From contig CAWDVW010000005.1 of assembly GCA_963805855.1 (NCBI GenBank), positions 512,001-576,000 on the forward strand: DNA of 64,000 nucleotides, written 5' to 3'. The notes beneath the pieces are model-generated. The model was not told the origin of the DNA, did not search any database, and saw only the letters and a program-made list of their open reading frames with translations. The translations under genes and the position numbers were made by a program. The DNA comes from Candidatus Dadabacteria bacterium. GTDB lineage: Bacteria > Desulfobacterota_D > UBA1144 > Nemesobacterales > CSP1-2. The stretch's first letter is position 1. Every line of letters begins with the position of its first letter. Below are positions 59,696 to 64,000 of this stretch, one piece after another.

Positions 59696-62248
59696 ATGGG
59701 ATTGCAAATGAATTACGCTCGGGGCACGGCCTCGCGTATTGAGTTATTTTCAACTCTAACTGAATTTCAGCGCCCAACTGTAAGGGGTAAATTTCTATAT
59801 GTTGGTGATGAGAAATTCTACGTGCGGGGCGTCACATATGGTACATTCCGCCCAGACGCGGATGGATATCAATTCCCGGATCCCGAGACCGTCGACAAAG
59901 ATTTCGCAAGGATGGTAGAAAATGGGGTCAATTCAGTTCGGACTTACACGGCTCCTCCAGAATGGTTTCTGGACAAGGCTCAGAAATATGGACTATTTGT
60001 GGTTGTTGGTCTCTGGTGGGAGCAATTTGTAATGTTTCTAGACGATACAACACTGACGCGATCAATTGAGAGAAAGATTCGAGAATGGATACGGTCCTGC
60101 GCAAGTCATCCAGCCGTCCTGTGTTACGCAGTTGGAAACGAGATTCCATCCTCGATCGTGCGCTATTATGGTGCTCGAAAGATCGAGAAATTTATTGAGA
60201 GGCTCTATCGGATTGCAAAATCAGAAGATCCTGATGGGCTTGTCACCTACGTAAATTATCCAACCACTGAATATCTCCAACTGCCGTTCATCGATCTCGC
60301 CTGTTTCAACATATATCTTGAATCGAAAGATAGACTTGAATCTTATATTTCCAGATTGCAAAACCTTGTTGACAATAAACCCTTAATAATGGGTGAATTT
60401 GGCCTCGACAGCCGTAGAAATGGTGAAGATAAACAGGCAGAGGTGCTTGACTGGCAAATTCGTACTGCCTTCGAATCGGGTTGTGCTGGAACCTTTGTGT
60501 TCGCATGGACGGATGAATGGCATTGCGGTGGTTATGACATAGGAGACTGGGATTTCGGACTGATAACCAGAGATCGCATACCAAAAGCTGCCCTAGGAGC
60601 CGTTCGAAAAGCTTATTCAGAGGTCCCTTTTAACACCATGACCTGCTGGCCAAAGATTTCGGTAGTTGTATGCACCTTCAATGGAAGTAAAACGATAAGC
60701 AAGAATTTAGAATCACTATCGGTATTACAATATCCGAAATACGAAGTAATAGTGGTAAACGATGGCTCTAACGACATAACTGAGGCAATAGTTAAGGAGT
60801 ATGTCCACAAATACAATTTTAAGTTAATCACAACAGAAAACCGAGGTCTGGCCAATGCCCGTAACACCGGCCTAGAATCCGCAACGGGCGACATAGTAGC
60901 CTATGTTGACGATGATGCTTATCCTGACCCCCAATGGCTAACATATCTTGCAATTGAGTTCAGGAAAACTACCCACGTCGGAATCGGTGGACCCAACATA
61001 ACGGCCGAAGGTGATGGGCCTATTTCCGAGTGCGTATCAAGCTCACCTGGAAATCCCGTGCATGTTCTTGTATCAGATACGGAAGCCGAGCATATCGCAG
61101 GTTGCAATATGGCATTTCGCAGATCCGCTCTCAAAAAGATCGGAGGGTTCGACTCTCGATTTAACATTGCGGGAGATGACGTAGATGTTTGTTGGATGTT
61201 GCAGAAGCGAGGGTACACACTGGGGTTCAGTCCCGCGGCGATGGTCTGGCATAGCCGGCGGAGTTCTATTAAATCATACCTGAAACAGCAATTAAACTAC
61301 GGTAGGGCCGAGTCACAGCTAGAGAAAAAATGGCCGGAGAAATATAATGCTGCTGGGCATGTTACCTGGAGTGGGCGTATATATGGAAACGGTGTCTCGA
61401 ATAAAATAAATCTATTCGGCTCAAGAATCTACCAGGGTATCTGGGGCACGGCTCCTTTTCAATCGATATACCAACCTTCGAATGGTACGTTTAGCTCACT
61501 ACTTCTCATGCCAGAATGGTATCTTATTGTAGCCGCTTTTCTATTCCTATCCTTAATGGGAGGTTTTTGGTCTCCGCTGCTGTACTCATTACCCTTTCTC
61601 GGATTAGTTCTCCTTGCACCCGTAATTCGAGCCATCTGCAGTGCAAAAAATGCCAGGTTAAGCGAGCTATCATACTCGTCAATCGAGCTGCTCAAACTAC
61701 GTGCTATAATTGTCATACTGCACATTCTCCAGCCTATTGCGAGATTATATGGAAGGCTCAACGCCGGCCTTACCCCTTGGCGGAGGCGAGGCTTATACAG
61801 ATTTTCTTTACCATGGATACGACACAAGACTTTTTGGAGTGAAAACTGGGCTGCCCCGGAAAAGAGACTGGAATCGATTGAGATAGCACTCAAAAATTTT
61901 GGCATAATTGTGACAAGAAGCGGAAACTTCGACCGATGGGATCTTGAAGTACGTGGTGGGCTATTTGGTTCTCTCAGAGTTCTGATGGGGATCGAGGAAC
62001 ACGGCGCTGGTAAACAAATGGTACATTTACACTCTTGGCCTAAAGTATCTGTGTTTGGAACCGGATTAACCATCATCTTGGCACTTCTTACCGTCCTAGC
62101 GGCATTCGATAACGCTTGGTATGCATACTTTATTCTCGGGGGTCTATCCGCATTTGCAGTCGTTCGGTTAATCGGCGACTGCGCTGGCGCAACGGGATGC
62201 TATTTGGAAGCCATTAAGCAAGCCTTCGGGCAATTGGCATCAACATGA
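59696..62248 (+). CDS. Fusion of clan GH-A (GH2-like) TIM barrel, GT2 glycosyltransferase and membrane domain
   Basis: GH motifs NSVRTY, VGNEI, MGEFG and FAWTDEW; GT2 motifs VVNDGS, YVDDD, GCNMAFR and GDDVD; C-terminal TM helices. Confidence 0.88.
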   Translation: MGLQMNYARGTASRIELFSTLTEFQRPTVRGKFLYVGDEKFYVRGVTYGTFRPDADGYQFPDPETVDKDFARMVENGVNSVRTYTAPPEWFLDKAQKYGLFVVVGLWWEQFVMFLDDTTLTRSIERKIREWIRSCASHPAVLCYAVGNEIPSSIVRYYGARKIEKFIERLYRIAKSEDPDGLVTYVNYPTTEYLQLPFIDLACFNIYLESKDRLESYISRLQNLVDNKPLIMGEFGLDSRRNGEDKQAEVLDWQIRTAFESGCAGTFVFAWTDEWHCGGYDIGDWDFGLITRDRIPKAALGAVRKAYSEVPFNTMTCWPKISVVVCTFNGSKTISKNLESLSVLQYPKYEVIVVNDGSNDITEAIVKEYVHKYNFKLITTENRGLANARNTGLESATGDIVAYVDDDAYPDPQWLTYLAIEFRKTTHVGIGGPNITAEGDGPISECVSSSPGNPVHVLVSDTEAEHIAGCNMAFRRSALKKIGGFDSRFNIAGDDVDVCWMLQKRGYTLGFSPAAMVWHSRRSSIKSYLKQQLNYGRAESQLEKKWPEKYNAAGHVTWSGRIYGNGVSNKINLFGSRIYQGIWGTAPFQSIYQPSNGTFSSLLLMPEWYLIVAAFLFLSLMGGFWSPLLYSLPFLGLVLLAPVIRAICSAKNARLSELSYSSIELLKLRAIIVILHILQPIARLYGRLNAGLTPWRRRGLYRFSLPWIRHKTFWSENWAAPEKRLESIEIALKNFGIIVTRSGNFDRWDLEVRGGLFGSLRVLMGIEEHGAGKQMVHLHSWPKVSVFGTGLTIILALLTVLAAFDNAWYAYFILGGLSAFAVVRLIGDCAGATGCYLEAIKQAFGQLAST

Positions 62249-64000
62249 ACTCCAATTACTCTGATATAAGAATTCTTAGAAAGCTACTGGCTGAGGCTAA
62301 GCCCTTCCGCACACATTTGCTCCTCATCTTGTTATTAGGTCTCCTGGCTACGCCGCTTACACTTCTTTCGCCTATTCCGCTCAAGATTGCCGTCGATAAC
62401 ATCTACGGGTCAAACCAGTTACCTGAATTATTTTCCTCGGTGATTCCCCAGTGGTTTACCAAGTCTAAACTAACTATGCTCGGCTACACTGCAGTTCTAC
62501 AAGTCTTAATCATATCGTTGATACAGCTCCAATCACTTGGAAATCAATTGTTGAAGACAAGTGTAGGCGAAAGGCTGACCCTCAACTTCCGGGCGAGGCT
62601 CTTCCGTCATGTTCAGAGGTTATCACTCAATTATCACGATTCAAAGGGAACCGCTGATTCTATATATCGAATTCAATACGATGCCCCGTCCATTCAATGG
62701 ATTATCATATATGGATTCATTCCTTTCATGTCTTCGATAGTCATGTTTGTAGGAATGATTTACGTTATCTTTAGGATTGACGCCGAGCTTGCCCTGGTCG
62801 CCCTGACGATCTCGCCTTTTCTATTTATATTTTCGAGAACCTATACTTCTCGCATGCGAGGCAGGTATAAGAATGCGAAGATACTTGAAAGCACCGCTCT
62901 AAAAGTAGTTCAAGAAGTATTAACTTCGGTTCGCCTGGTAAAGGCATTCGGGAAAGAGGAATATGAGCAGGAGCGATTCCTGGATCATTCGAGAAAGGGT
63001 ATGATGACAAGAATTTGGCTATCGTTTGCCGAAGGGGGATTTGGTCTACTCGTAAACATAACGACGGGAGTCGGCTCGGCCCTTGTTCTTTTCATCGGTT
63101 TCAAAAATGTATTTTCTGGTGCGCTAACGCTTGGCGAACTTCTAATGGTGTTGGCATACCTGGCGCAGCTCTATGAACCCTTAAGAACCATTAGCAACAA
63201 AACGGCGACAATACAGTCATCCATCGCAAGTGCGCAACGTTCTTTTGAATTGCTGGATGAACTACCTGAAGTTCTAGAACGGCCCCATGCTCGAGCATTA
63301 AAAAGAGCTTCAGGCTCAATTAGTTTTGAAAATGTTTCGTTCTCCTATAACGGATCTAATACCGTTCTTTCCGATGTATCCTTCAACATTATGCCGGGAA
63401 CAAGGGTAGGATTGATTGGGAGAACCGGGGCCGGTAAAACAACTATAATCAGCCTCTTAACAAGGTTCTACGACCCGCATTCGGGCTGCATACGCTTAGA
63501 TGGGATCGATTTAAGAGAATATAAGACTGCAGACCTTCGAAATCAATTCGCAATAGTTCTTCAAGACCCCGTGTTATTCTCGACGAGCATTGCTGAAAAC
63601 ATAAGCTATGGAAAACCTGAGGCCAAATTTCAGGAAATTGTCAATGCGGCCAAGACTGCAAATTGCCATGAGTTCATAAAGAAATTACCGGATGGGTACG
63701 AAACACTCGTCGGTGAACGAGGCATGAAGCTTTCCGGGGGTGAACGTCAGCGCGTTGCTTTGGCCCGAGCATTCCTGAAGGATGCCCCAATTCTCATACT
63801 TGACGAACCAACAAGTTCGGTCGATATCAAAACCGAATCTTCGATCATCGATGCTGTTAGTCGCTTGATGCAAGAACGAACAACATTCATGATATCCCAT
63901 CGGCCTGCTACACTTGAATACTGTGAGATATTTATCGTAATTGATGGGGGCAGAGTTCTAACCACATCATCTGAGCTACATCAGGCACTTAGGGAATTTC
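62245..64000 (+). CDS. ABC exporter, fused permease/ATPase (MsbA/NdvA-like), 3' end runs off the window
   Basis: Not in the ORF track. ATG 62245 overlaps the upstream TGA; reads MNSNYSDIRILRKLL, TM segments, GRTGAGKTT, LSGGERQR and ILDEPTS. Confidence 0.93.
   Translation, partial: MNSNYSDIRILRKLLAEAKPFRTHLLLILLLGLLATPLTLLSPIPLKIAVDNIYGSNQLPELFSSVIPQWFTKSKLTMLGYTAVLQVLIISLIQLQSLGNQLLKTSVGERLTLNFRARLFRHVQRLSLNYHDSKGTADSIYRIQYDAPSIQWIIIYGFIPFMSSIVMFVGMIYVIFRIDAELALVALTISPFLFIFSRTYTSRMRGRYKNAKILESTALKVVQEVLTSVRLVKAFGKEEYEQERFLDHSRKGMMTRIWLSFAEGGFGLLVNITTGVGSALVLFIGFKNVFSGALTLGELLMVLAYLAQLYEPLRTISNKTATIQSSIASAQRSFELLDELPEVLERPHARALKRASGSISFENVSFSYNGSNTVLSDVSFNIMPGTRVGLIGRTGAGKTTIISLLTRFYDPHSGCIRLDGIDLREYKTADLRNQFAIVLQDPVLFSTSIAENISYGKPEAKFQEIVNAAKTANCHEFIKKLPDGYETLVGERGMKLSGGERQRVALARAFLKDAPILILDEPTSSVDIKTESSIIDAVSRLMQERTTFMISHRPATLEYCEIFIVIDGGRVLTTSSELHQALREF

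Overview
This is a 64-kb bacterial chromosomal window of roughly 40-45% GC (by eye). Protein style and gene order suggest a deltaproteobacterial-grade lineage such as Ca. Dadabacteria, but that is inference only. Housekeeping blocks are serA-hisZ-purA, tatC, dnaE, ftsY-ribD-nadD-rsfS, a dcw cluster from mraZ to ftsZ with no ddl, and murJ. An accessory metabolic stretch (about 5-29 kb) encodes a mesaconyl-CoA-hydratase-like protein, an acyl-CoA ligase, an ATP-grasp ligase/M20 peptidase pair, radical SAM, LLM monooxygenase, AbfD/HpaB-family and nitroreductase-fold proteins, and a rhodanese-SufU pair. The window ends in a sigma54-type operon: UDP-glucuronate decarboxylase, a GH-A/GT2 fusion and an ABC exporter. 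Intergenic spaces carry at least three families of REP-like palindromes, some nested inside one another. The best leads are two unannotated promoter-driven structured RNA candidates (about 24950-25170 and 8305-8600), the enhancer-controlled GH/GT2-ABC-Uxs glycan module, the ligase/peptidase pair, and two genes that appear to need non-canonical start codons (ATC, ATA). No rRNA, tRNA, CRISPR array, integrase or transposase was recognised. All RNA pairings were derived by hand.
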